Below, piece after piece: positions 1 to 8,887 of a DNA stretch of 17,597 bases. How positions within the stretch are numbered: position 1 is the stretch's first letter; each line of letters begins with the position of its first letter. Origin of the DNA: Synechococcus sp. (GTDB taxonomy: Bacteria > Cyanobacteriota > Cyanobacteriia > Thermostichales > PCC-7336); the NCBI GenBank assembly GCA_051439605.1, contig JBFRWN010000129.1, positions 1 to 17,597 on the forward strand, in the 5' to 3' direction. The notes under the pieces are model-generated. The model searched no databases, was not told the origin of the DNA, and was given only the letters and a program-made list of their open reading frames with translations. The position numbers and the translations under genes are program-made.

Positions 1-72
1 TTTCAAACCGAACTATCTGAAGTCTCCTGGGGTGGTGGGGGCTTTCATGGAGCAGGTGAGTATTGGAAGAGT

Positions 73-444
73 TTATTCGTCAAATAGACTTTCAATCACT
101 TCAGGTGTAAATGGGTTGTTTCCAACACTTAGTTTGTCAATCCAGTCTTGTCTTTTTGGTTTCAACCTGTCATTGTCGTGGTGTTCAATAAAGAACTTAA
201 AATCTTTGATCGCTCCAGAAGTATTTACAGTTAATGCTCTAACAATACCTCGACTATCGCGATAGCCAGCAATCTCTACTATATCTGAAGCTAAATTGAC
301 AGCATTTTCGCAAGCAAATAGAACGTTGGAAGTATAATCGTGCAGGCTGCCCAACCAACACAATAAATTCCAATTTGGGGTAGGGATCTTTAGCTCCGGA
401 TGGAAAGCTTGGGCTTCTTTAAAGGCAGCGATCGCCCCTTCCAC
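73..444 (-). pseudogene. Orphan C-terminal TPR-like module of a large cyanobacterial WD40/NTPase-type protein (probable gene fragment)
   Basis: GNVEGAIAAFKEA...WNLLCWLGSL...VLFACENAV...YRDSRGIVRALT...GAIKDF...RQDWIDKL..GNNPFTPE resembles the tail of long cyanobacterial WD40/TPR proteins. An in-frame TAG lies 17 codons above the GTG and there is no N-terminal body. Confidence 0.6.
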
Positions 445-553
445 ATTCCCTCGGCAACCTCTCTTACCTTCACCACCAGCAATCTTTAAATCCTACCAAT
501 AGCAGCAGCAAAATCTTCAAAACCTTACCTTCGTGTAACACAAACAAGCCAGC

Positions 554-584
554 AAAAAAACCGAGAGAGAACCCTCGGCTTTTC
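554..584 (-). terminator. Rho-independent terminator after the nuclease gene
   Basis: Minus strand AAAGCCGAGGG-TTCT-CTCTCGGT followed by a T run, about 60 nt past the stop at 643. Confidence 0.8.
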
Positions 585-642
585 AAAAACTTTTATGGCT
601 GCTTACGCGAAGGCTAAAGACCTTCAGACAAACCGTCGGTCA

Positions 643-1968
643 TCAATTATCCAAATCGCTATTGCTGAAGTCAACCAACAACGGACAGTGATCCGATAAA
701 TTGGTGTACGCTGCTGGCATACTCCCACTAATAGGAGCGCAACCTTCGACCGCACAATATCCCGTTACAGACACCTTCGGATCGCTCAATTCCTCCGTAT
801 TCTTGGTGACCAGAACGTGATCTAACCACCCCCCTTTTTTCTGAAAGTACTCGGTACATGCTGGATTTACATCCAAGCGATCGAACCCAGGAGATTCGCT
901 GGCAGCTTTACTTTTTAGGGTGTTGAGTTCCTTCAAAGCAGAGACATTGCCTTCTTTATTCCCCATCGTATTGAAATCTCCCAATATCAATACATCCTTA
1001 TCTAAAGAATCGGCTAAAGAAGCCACTGTATCGAGGCGATCGTACGCAGTCTGTCTCGTATTGAAATCCTTATTTTTGGTCCCAGAGTCTAAATGCACGG
1101 ATACCGCATAGAAATCAAAACCATTCGCGTCCTTAGACTCAAACAAACCGCCATAACCAGGACGCAAATTCCCCGCGCAGGGAGAGGACGCGTCATCCGC
1201 AGACCCATTCATCTGCCAGATTTCCTGCTCGTTAGAAAAATCAAGCTTGTTAGCATTCCACAAGAAACCCACATGCTGCTGGTCAGCATTGCTGCATCCA
1301 TTCAGCTTGACTTGCCAGTCACCACCCACATCGCTTGCTAGCTTGTTGGTTACCTGCGACCAAGCCGAATTGGCGTTCCCAGTCGTCTTAATCTCCTGCA
1401 GAGCCACCGCATCCACATCCATCCAAGCCAACGAACAAGCCAACCAATCTAAATCCGTACCGGAACTACTCTGGTTGGGTTGGCCATCTGGGAACCAGCG
1501 AATATTCCAGCTTGCTAACCGAATTTCACCGTCATCTTTAGGTCGCCTTCTGCCCTGACCGACTACCTCCCGACATCCTGACAACGACCCCCAAACTTTC
1601 TTTTCATCAGCAGCCAGATCGATCGGGCCCTCTCCTCCATTGTTGCCACCGCCATCATCCACAACCTCCTTAACGTACTTTTCAACAATCCACCCCTCGC
1701 GCGCATCGGGCAGCGAAAGCTGGATCCAATGGCGGATGCCGTCCGTTCCTATCACTTCAGCCTTAGTACCGTCCTGCACGCGCCCTTTTAAACTTGGAAA
1801 GGGAGAACTATGCAAAGGAACCCCTAAATCTTTTTTCGCTTTAAGTATCACAAACTGCCCGGGAGTTACATCCAACGCCCATACTTCCGCTGGACTCGCT
1901 AGTATCGCAAACCCCACCACAAGCAAAAGAACAAATAAGGTTTTAATTTTGACGATGAAGCCATTCAT
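643..1968 (-). CDS. Secreted endonuclease/exonuclease/phosphatase (DNase I-like) family protein with N-terminal SH3-like domain
   Basis: Signal peptide (ends ~VWA-L), SH3b-like segment (GRVQDGTKAEVIG...WIQL...EGWIVEKYV), Gly-rich linker, EEP motifs SWNIRWF, LQEI, VHLDSG, GDFNT, DHVLV, SDHCP. GAGGA RBS upstream. Confidence 0.85.
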   Translation of the reverse strand: MNGFIVKIKTLFVLLLVVGFAILASPAEVWALDVTPGQFVILKAKKDLGVPLHSSPFPSLKGRVQDGTKAEVIGTDGIRHWIQLSLPDAREGWIVEKYVKEVVDDGGGNNGGEGPIDLAADEKKVWGSLSGCREVVGQGRRRPKDDGEIRLASWNIRWFPDGQPNQSSSGTDLDWLACSLAWMDVDAVALQEIKTTGNANSAWSQVTNKLASDVGGDWQVKLNGCSNADQQHVGFLWNANKLDFSNEQEIWQMNGSADDASSPCAGNLRPGYGGLFESKDANGFDFYAVSVHLDSGTKNKDFNTRQTAYDRLDTVASLADSLDKDVLILGDFNTMGNKEGNVSALKELNTLKSKAASESPGFDRLDVNPACTEYFQKKGGWLDHVLVTKNTEELSDPKVSVTGYCAVEGCAPISGSMPAAYTNLSDHCPLLVDFSNSDLDN

Positions 1969-2399
1969 AATGTTTTCCTCAAAAGTGAGTTACTGTTAAG
2001 GGAAGATTATGCAAAGTTTAAGAGCAGCCTCGATATAGACTAAAATCTTCAAAAATGCCGAGAAGCTCCCAGGCAAAGTTAAGGCCATATCGACCCTTGT
2101 CTAGACCCATCAGCCATTCAAACGATAAGCATCAGATAGAGAGGCAACCTTTACTATTTCTGACAGTGCCATAGCTATGCAAGCTATAGGAATGAAAGGA
2201 GAGACAGCAGAATAACTCGTATCTTGATTTAACCAATTCTCCTGGAACAGTCACTGAATTACCGTCAATCAGTTCCAAATTCAATAGAAAACTTTATATT
2301 TGTACTGGACTGCACCGTTATTACTTTAAGGATAATAATTTACTCACTTTAGTTTACGTATTATATGCTGTGTGTCGATCGCGATCGGATTGGTTTCGG

Positions 2400-2480
2400 A
2401 TGAAGAATATTGTTGAAGGCCTACCTAAAAACTTAGAGAAAGAAGTATTTGAAATTCTTGCCAACAGCGAAACCATCAAA
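2400..2480 (+). pseudogene. N-terminal remnant of a small cupin-domain protein
   Basis: ATG 2400 reads MKNIVEGLPKNLEKEVFEILANSETIK, like the start of small cupins that continue IERIVSxG. Here it breaks off and runs into the SDR start region (frame closes at 2507). Confidence 0.5.
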
Positions 2481-2488
2481 ATGTCGCT

Positions 2489-2876
2489 ATGTCTAAAGTT
2501 GCCCTGATTACTGGTGTCTCCTCTGGAATTGGTCGAGCGACGGCTGAAGTGTTTGCTCGCCAGGGGTATCGGCTGGCGCTGGCGGCCCGATCGCTGGAGC
2601 CGCTGGCCGACGTGGCGATCGCGATCGAGAAAGCCACCGCAGCGGGCGATGTTTGTGGGTTCAGAATCTGCTAGGGATGAGTACCGTCGGCAGATGGAGA
2701 AAGCGGTGGATAGTTTTACCAGTCAGCGGCCTGAGGAGATTGCGGAGGCGATTTGGGATGCTTGTCGGACGGGTAAGAAAGATGTGGTGGTGGGTCCCAT
2801 ACAGGCTGCTACGGCCGCCTATCAACTTTTTCCTGGGTTGGTTGGACCCTTGATGGGGCGGACGTCCATAGGGTGA
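2489..2876 (+). pseudogene. Short-chain dehydrogenase/reductase with large internal deletion and frameshift
   Basis: First frame gives the Rossmann motif VALITGVSSGIGRATA...LALAARS. After ~2640 another frame gives an SDR C-terminus (RAMFVG...QRPEEIAEAIWDA...KKDVVVG...YQLFP). NNAG and YxxxK regions are absent. Confidence 0.85.
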
Positions 2877-3045
2877 ATTGAAATGAACCCAGATCTATAC
2901 GTTGTCAGTCTCAACAATCGTGGGTCTAATTGGCCGTAAAGCGATCGCCAAGTCGTTAGGACAATTCTGTGGCGACAACCTCCACGGTGACTGAAGCCAC
3001 TGTCTGACCTGAAATGGCCCCAACTTACTTATTTTTTCGCGAGGA

Positions 3046-3573
3046 ATGGCAATGAGGTTCCGCATCGAGCTGGTCAAGCTGCTGGCAGGGTTGGCGATCG
3101 CCGTCTTATCGATGTTTTCGGCTGGATGCTTGCAGGCGATCGCCCAAGCCCCACCCGATGGAGAAACCACAGTTGGAGTTCCTGCTGTGGCAGAGGCACC
3201 CTTAATCGCACAACAAGATGAAGAAATCCAGGCGTTCGCAGATAGCCAATACGACTATTGGGACGCCAAAGTCCTGGCCAGTTTCTGGGGGACGGATACT
3301 TGGGATGCGAAAGCTCGAATCGGCCGCAAAATCCTCTGGGGCGTAGAAAATGTGGCCTACCTCGAACAGATGTTGTTGGATGCCCGCATAGAAGCCCTGA
3401 ATACAGCCGATCCCATCGACTACTTTTTCGAGGGGTACACCTACGACGACGCCGAGCAACTGAGGGATTTTTGGGGAGAGATCTCCACTTGGGATACAAA
3501 ATTGCGCATTGGCCGCAATCTCATCATGGGTAACGATGAGGTGGTGGAAACCGCTCTGGGACTTGTCTGGTAG
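3046..3573 (+). CDS. Secreted hypothetical protein with two ~62-aa Trp/Tyr-rich repeats
   Basis: Signal-like N-terminus. Repeats YDYWDAKVLASFWG-TDTWDAKARIGRKILWG and YTYDDAEQLRDFWGEISTWDTKLRIGRNLIMG. Confidence 0.8.
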   Translation: MAMRFRIELVKLLAGLAIAVLSMFSAGCLQAIAQAPPDGETTVGVPAVAEAPLIAQQDEEIQAFADSQYDYWDAKVLASFWGTDTWDAKARIGRKILWGVENVAYLEQMLLDARIEALNTADPIDYFFEGYTYDDAEQLRDFWGEISTWDTKLRIGRNLIMGNDEVVETALGLVW

Positions 3574-3588
3574 CGATAGATTGCGACG

Positions 3589-4680
3589 ATGGCTGTTTCT
3601 ACCGACTTCTCCTGGAAGGTTGGGATTGAAATCGAGCTGATGGCCCCGCGAGGCAGCAGTCGAGCCACGCTGGCACAAGCGATCGCCGAGAAATTTAACG
3701 GCGAGGTGCGTCGCTTTTTTCACCCCCAATCGGAACCCAGCAAAATAGCCGGCACTCCCGTACTAGAAAACCTGACGCTGGGGTTTGAAGTGCGCGATCG
3801 GCAAGGGTTGCCCGTTGCTCGGTGCGTAGACGATCTGACTCTGCAGGCGGATTGTCAGCGCCAACATCCCCCTCGACCCGGTTGGTATCGCATTGTCAGC
3901 GACGATATCCGGCTGTTGCGACTGGTACAGCGGGTGGCCAATCCGGAAGCTTCGCTAGAACAAGTTCTGAACCCTGTGGCGAGTCTGTTTGGCGTTCAAC
4001 CCGAAGGGGGGCCGGGGGGAATGATCCGGGTGCGCGATCGAGTGGGGCCACCGATCGCCATTGCGGCCCCTCTGCCGGGGGAGCGGGAGCGCCCTTGTGA
4101 ATTGATTGTGCCGCCCATGGTCGGAACTGAAGGCGATCGCATCGGTCAACTGCTGGAGATCGCACGCACCTGTGGGTTTACCATTCCAGTGGAGGGGGCC
4201 ATTCACCTGCATTTTGATGCCACTCGGCTCTGCTGTCCCCGCGTTCTGCGCAACTTAGTACGCTGGTTTAACCGGTATGGCCTGGACCTGAAGCAACATT
4301 TTGGCACCAACCCTCACTGCCAACGTTTGGGTCACTGGCCTGACTCCCTCCTTAGTTTGGTGGAACAGCCTGAATGGCTCGATTTAGACTGGCCAACTGC
4401 CCGCGATCGCCTAAGGGCAACTGGGCTGACAAAATACTGTGATTTCAACCTCAGTAACATCGCTCTGGCCCTTCCTGACAAACACACGTTTGAGGTGCGT
4501 ATTTTGCCGGTGTGGATGGAGGCGGAGCCCATTCTGCAGGCGATCGGGCTGCTGAGTTTTATCCTGCAGACTTCCATTGTGGAAGAAAAAGCCGATCTAA
4601 AGGTGCCGTTCGCCAAGCTGTTGGAGCAGTATCGCCAACTAGAATCAGCTAACGCTGACAAGCAGGTGTTTACCGCTTAA
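3589..4680 (+). CDS. Amidoligase family protein (COOH-NH2 ligase, glutamine synthetase-like fold)
   Basis: Motifs VGIEIE, CELIVPP, GAIHLHFD, KYCDFN, TFEVR in the order expected for Amidoligase_2-type enzymes. Confidence 0.8.
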   Translation: MAVSTDFSWKVGIEIELMAPRGSSRATLAQAIAEKFNGEVRRFFHPQSEPSKIAGTPVLENLTLGFEVRDRQGLPVARCVDDLTLQADCQRQHPPRPGWYRIVSDDIRLLRLVQRVANPEASLEQVLNPVASLFGVQPEGGPGGMIRVRDRVGPPIAIAAPLPGERERPCELIVPPMVGTEGDRIGQLLEIARTCGFTIPVEGAIHLHFDATRLCCPRVLRNLVRWFNRYGLDLKQHFGTNPHCQRLGHWPDSLLSLVEQPEWLDLDWPTARDRLRATGLTKYCDFNLSNIALALPDKHTFEVRILPVWMEAEPILQAIGLLSFILQTSIVEEKADLKVPFAKLLEQYRQLESANADKQVFTA

Positions 4681-4751
4681 ATTCATCGCGTAAATTCGCT
4701 GTCAAATCGGGGCTCGACGGTAGAATGCCGTAGCTTCATTCATGCAAGAGA

Positions 4752-5252
4752 ATGACTTACTCCATCGGGGATCTGAACCAGGCCAGCGAAGAGGACTTTG
4801 TCAACATTCTGGGAGCTGTTTTTGAGGACAGTCCTGAAATTGCTCGTCAGGTTTGGCAGCTGCGACCCTTTCGCGATCGCCACCATCTCCAGCAATGCAT
4901 GACCCAGATTGTTAGAAATACGAGTGAAGCGCAGCAAATTGCCCTGATTCGCGCCCATCCCGACCTGGGCAGTAAAGCCAAAATGGCGGATGCCTCCGTG
5001 CAAGAACAGGCAGGTGTGGGTTTCGATCGCCTCTTGCCAGCAGAGTACGAGTTATTCCTACGGTTGAATCAACAGTACAAAGCGACCTTCGGTTTCCCCT
5101 TTGTCATTGCTGTGAAGAACCATACGAAGTCGAGCATTCTGAACGCTTTTGAAAGCCGCCTATCCAATACTGTGGAGACCGAGCGGAAACAGGCGATCGC
5201 AGAAATTATTCAAATTGCTCACCTTCGCCTGCAGAATTTAATTCCTAACTAG
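4752..5252 (+). CDS. uraD: OHCU decarboxylase (urate degradation)
   Basis: LGAVFEDSP, RPF, LIRAHPDLG, SVQEQAGVG, YKATFGFPFVIAV, IAHLRL. Confidence 0.93.
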   Translation: MTYSIGDLNQASEEDFVNILGAVFEDSPEIARQVWQLRPFRDRHHLQQCMTQIVRNTSEAQQIALIRAHPDLGSKAKMADASVQEQAGVGFDRLLPAEYELFLRLNQQYKATFGFPFVIAVKNHTKSSILNAFESRLSNTVETERKQAIAEIIQIAHLRLQNLIPN

Positions 5253-5313
5253 CACTCTTAAAATTGGATATTTCTATATAATTACCGAACACACCTCTAT
5301 CCATACAACAGAT

Positions 5314-5556
5314 CTAACTATCTTTATCTTTATCTTGGATGCCCAGCTCTTTACGACTAATCTTTAATTCTTTGACCAGCGCTTTTATTTGTTGATAGGC
5401 ATCCTCTGAAGTAAGCTTTCCACTGGTTTGCAGAGATACTATGTATCCAGTTTTTAAAGCAAATTCTTGAAGGTTAGCATTAAAAACAAAGTCTTCTGGA
5501 GTAAACTTCCCCTGATATTGATAAAGGGGATATAAGAAATCATCTTTGCTAACCAC
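5314..5556 (-). CDS. Small conserved cyanobacterial protein (DUF7219-like)
   Basis: FLYP..Y.GKFTPE..VFNANLQEFA...SLQTSGKL...AYQQIK.L...LK.SRKELGI. AGGAG 7 nt before GTG 5556 favours this start over TTG 5562. Confidence 0.8.
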   Translation of the reverse strand: MVSKDDFLYPLYQYQGKFTPEDFVFNANLQEFALKTGYIVSLQTSGKLTSEDAYQQIKALVKELKISRKELGIQDKDKDS

Positions 5557-5848
5557 TGGCAAACTCCTACAACAGGTGCTTTAAATATAATAGTTGACCG
5601 TAAGCCATTGAATTTATCTCTCAATTCATGGTTACTTAGCCAAAACAGTAGGGACGAATTCGAGCTACAAAAGTAGCAATCTGTAATAAATAGCAACTGT
5701 CAAAGAGTAGACATTGCTTGCGCTAAACTTCCCCTTCTTCGATCGCCAGAGCTTGATAACTCTGTATGGAGGAATACTTCACTAAATCCTCAAGACCGTT
5801 TCCTAGAATTTTGACGGAGCACGAGGGCAGGGTTGGCCGAGGTGCAGG

Positions 5849-6835
5849 ATGGACGCAGAACTGACAGTCCGAGATAGCTTGACCCACGCTAATGGGGGCA
5901 ATCGTTCCACCCCTCTGGTTGGGGAGTACGCTCTCTCCGTCATCCACAAGCACTATCAACAGATGACCGATTGCGAGCAAGGGGTGATAGAAGACCTAGA
6001 TCCCGAGTATTTGCATCAAATGAGGGTCAACAGTCGGCGGCTGGGGGCGGCTTTGCGGATCTTCGACAAGGTCGTGAAATTACCCAAAGCTGCTCGCGAG
6101 TCTCGCGTGCGGCAACTGACCAAGACTTTGGGGGAGCTGCGCGATCTGGATGTTCAAATCGATCGCCTGGAAGGAGAGTACTATCCGTGCATTCATCAAA
6201 AAGAACAAAAGCGATTGAGTAAACTGCTCGATACGTTTGCGAAGCGGCGGAGGCAAGCACTGGCAGGCGTCAGATTGTTTCTTTCCCATTCCCGCTACAA
6301 AAAATTCAAGCAGGGGTTTTCCAAGTGGTTCGATCGCCCAAAGTTCGAACTTATTGCGACTTTACCGGTAAGCCTCATCCTGCCGGAACTCCTCAGTCCG
6401 CTGCTGGCCGATCTGCTGATTCATCCAGGGTGGCTAGTCTCTGCCACCCCTCAATCAAAGGAGGACCTCGTTCACCTGCACAACCTGCGCAAAACCTGTA
6501 AGTATATTCGCTATCAAACAGAGTTATTTACCGACTTTTATCCCAAGCACTATTCCACCTGGATTAAAGAACTCAAGTACCTGCAAGACAAACTCGGGAC
6601 AGTCCAAGATCTGAGGGTTTTGACAGCAACCCTAACAGCGATTGGACCTAAACCCGCGAAACTCCCCGAACTCAAGCAATTGATGCAAGACAGGCAAATC
6701 GATGAATTATTTGATTGGGAAGATATCCGTCATAAATATCTAGATTTAGAGTTTCGCAAGTCCTTACATCTAACGATCGTTTCACCCTCGTATTCAACGA
6801 ATCAAAGTAGCGTTGCAGTCATCAGTGGAGAGTAA
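5849..6835 (+). CDS. CHAD domain protein (polyphosphate-binding family)
   Basis: DPEYLHQMRVNSRRL, LGELRDLDV, LHNLRKTCKYIRYQTE, LQDKLGTVQD. Confidence 0.9.
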   Translation: MDAELTVRDSLTHANGGNRSTPLVGEYALSVIHKHYQQMTDCEQGVIEDLDPEYLHQMRVNSRRLGAALRIFDKVVKLPKAARESRVRQLTKTLGELRDLDVQIDRLEGEYYPCIHQKEQKRLSKLLDTFAKRRRQALAGVRLFLSHSRYKKFKQGFSKWFDRPKFELIATLPVSLILPELLSPLLADLLIHPGWLVSATPQSKEDLVHLHNLRKTCKYIRYQTELFTDFYPKHYSTWIKELKYLQDKLGTVQDLRVLTATLTAIGPKPAKLPELKQLMQDRQIDELFDWEDIRHKYLDLEFRKSLHLTIVSPSYSTNQSSVAVISGE

Positions 6836-6839
6836 GACC

Positions 6840-8405
6840 GTGACTCATTTACTGCAGGAAGATCGAACCTACCTGCCCTACAATTATTGCCGAACAGACC
6901 TGGCTGAACCAGCACATTTATTGAACGACCTTTTATATTTACGAGAGAAGGTTGTTCGCGATGGTCAGGAAATCTTTCAGCTCTGGAAACCGAGGATTGC
7001 GAGATCGGCTTTTCTTCAGAGTGCTCTCAACTTGGCCTACTATTTAATTCTCAGAAATCACGATCTTCGTGCCATCCAAATGGCACTCATGCCTTTAGGG
7101 TTATCCTCACTCGGCCGTCTTGAATCGCGAGTTTTAACCAATCTCGATGCCGTGATTTCCAGTTTAGGTAGGATTGCCTCCGTTCAGGCGGACGATTTAC
7201 CGCAACGCCCTTCCCTCGAAGCCTTCTTTAAAGGCGAACAACGGTTGCAACAGAATACTGACGAACTGTTTGGCCCAATGTTCGGCGATCGCGCGGTCAG
7301 AATTATGGTGACGATGCCTTCTGAAGCCGCAGAAAATTACGAATTGGTGCGCGAACTTCTCAAACGTGGCATGAATTGCGCGCGGATTAACTGTGCCCAC
7401 GATACACAAACCGCTTGGTCTGGAATGGTTCAGAATGTCAGACGTGCAGAACTGGAAACGGGTCAGCGCTGCAAGGTGCTGATGGATTTGTCCGGTCCCA
7501 AACCGCGGACTGTCCTACCTCCAGACTGTGGCAAGCCATTGCGAGTGCGTAAAGGCGATACGCTTCTCCTTGCGAAACATCATTGCGATCGGCAGGATAA
7601 TTTTCAACCCGTAGTCTATTGCTCGATCCCGGAAGCGATCGATCGCTTAGAAGTGGGCCATCAGGTCTGGATAGACGATGGCAAAATTGGTGCCGTTGTT
7701 TTAGAAACTGATGAGTCTGCCGCAACGCTGCGGATTACTTTTGCGAAGGAAAAAGGCAGCAAGTTACGGTCCCAGAAAGGGCTTAATTTTCCCAATACAA
7801 ATCTGAACCTCAGTCCCCTGACCCCAAAGGACATCGCCGATTTGGACTTTGTGGTTCCCAATGCAGACATTATCGGTTGCTCGTTTGTCCAGACGGCAGG
7901 GGACATTGCACTGCTACAAGGGGAAATTGCCGCGCGCCTGCATCCCGAACAACCGCTGCCCGGCACGATCGCAAAAATTGAAACCCCTTTAGCGGTCCGC
8001 AATTTGCCCGAAATTGTCGTTCAATCCGCCGGCAAACAGCCCTTAGGGATCATGATTGCACGGGGGGATTTGGCGATCGAACTTGGTTACCAACGCTTAG
8101 CAGAAATCCAGGAAGAAATCCTGTGGATTTGCGAAGCGTCCCACATTCCCGTCATCTGGGCCACTCAAGTGTTGGAGCAGTTGGTCAAACAAGGCATTCC
8201 ATCGCGGGCGGAGATGACTGATGCGGCCATGGCGGAGCGAGCTGAATGCGTCATGCTTAATAAAGGTGGTTTCATTTGCGATGCAGTATCGTTTCTCGAT
8301 GGAGTATTGCGTAGGATGAAGGGGCACCAATTCAAGAAAACCCCGCAGTTGCGGGCGCTCCAGTCTTGGAAACAATATTTTGAGGGGGCACATCTGTTCG
8401 TCTAA
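6840..8405 (+). CDS. pyk: Pyruvate kinase, atypical (N-terminal extension, no C-terminal PK_C domain)
   Basis: RIMVTMPS, ARINCAH, DLSGPKPR, IDDGKI, KGLNFP, IAKIET, MIARGDLAIE, WATQVLE, PSRAEMTD, ECVMLNKG. GTG 6840 follows GGAG, 4 nt after the CHAD stop (ORF track extends to TTG 6813). Confidence 0.9.
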   Translation: MTHLLQEDRTYLPYNYCRTDLAEPAHLLNDLLYLREKVVRDGQEIFQLWKPRIARSAFLQSALNLAYYLILRNHDLRAIQMALMPLGLSSLGRLESRVLTNLDAVISSLGRIASVQADDLPQRPSLEAFFKGEQRLQQNTDELFGPMFGDRAVRIMVTMPSEAAENYELVRELLKRGMNCARINCAHDTQTAWSGMVQNVRRAELETGQRCKVLMDLSGPKPRTVLPPDCGKPLRVRKGDTLLLAKHHCDRQDNFQPVVYCSIPEAIDRLEVGHQVWIDDGKIGAVVLETDESAATLRITFAKEKGSKLRSQKGLNFPNTNLNLSPLTPKDIADLDFVVPNADIIGCSFVQTAGDIALLQGEIAARLHPEQPLPGTIAKIETPLAVRNLPEIVVQSAGKQPLGIMIARGDLAIELGYQRLAEIQEEILWICEASHIPVIWATQVLEQLVKQGIPSRAEMTDAAMAERAECVMLNKGGFICDAVSFLDGVLRRMKGHQFKKTPQLRALQSWKQYFEGAHLFV

Positions 8406-8545
8406 GAGCAGAGCCAGGATTCGCAACTGTCCGCTTGTTCGAGATAACAAAGCTTGCGATGCTGACTCTCATGTCCTGCTGTCGTTGTTTGTGGTTGTGG
8501 GATGCAACCCTCTCCGCTTGACTCTTCTACTCCCCAGACAATTCG

Positions 8546-8887
8546 GGCGATCGCCTGGTGGTTCTGGCCACCATCGACAGTTTGCGCCGTATCGAACGAG
8601 GAGATATCACTCCAGCGCAGCATTGGCAGTTGAGTGCCCTCAAGCCCCTCAACCCCAATGTATTGTTCGAGGCGGCGGGAGTTCTACATCAAATAACCGG
8701 CTGCGATTTGCAAGTGGCACGGGAGTTTTTGGAACATTTGCCAGGCAAATTACGGTTGGATATGTACGAGCACCAAGCGTTCGCGTTGTGGAAACGTCTC
8801 AGCCGCATGAAAATGCTACCTGTGCGGCTAGAGCGGTGGCAGGCAAACTCTGACAAGTTGCAAGAAAGCGATTGTGGCAGCATCTGA
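8546..8887 (+). pseudogene. C-terminal fragment resembling cyanobacterial TrkA-domain potassium channel proteins
   Basis: GDRLVVLATIDSLRRIERG...LFEAAGVLHQITGCDLQVAREFLEHLPGKL...YEHQA matches my recollection of the end of long NAD-binding K+ channel proteins. In-frame TGA at 8519-8521, no convincing start. Confidence 0.6.

Noticed and set aside
20..45. Possible hairpin AAGTCTCC...GGGGGCTT
   Set aside because: Depends on G-U pairs on the plus strand, pairs poorly on the minus strand and has no clear U tract.
2170..2188. Short inverted repeat ATAGCT-N5-AGCTAT upstream of the nuclease gene
   Set aside because: 6-bp arms are expected by chance; no regulator can be assigned.
3074..4661. Antisense and alternate-frame ORFs over the repeat protein and amidoligase
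   Set aside because: Shadow ORFs of GC-rich coding DNA with no recognisable motifs.
4720..4733. NtcA-like box upstream of uraD (GTA-N8-TAG)
   Set aside because: Does not match GTA-N8-TAC and is too close to the start codon for a typical activating site.
8380..8853. 157-aa ORF overlapping the end of pyk
   Set aside because: No motifs; the overlapping frame carries the recognisable channel-like sequence.
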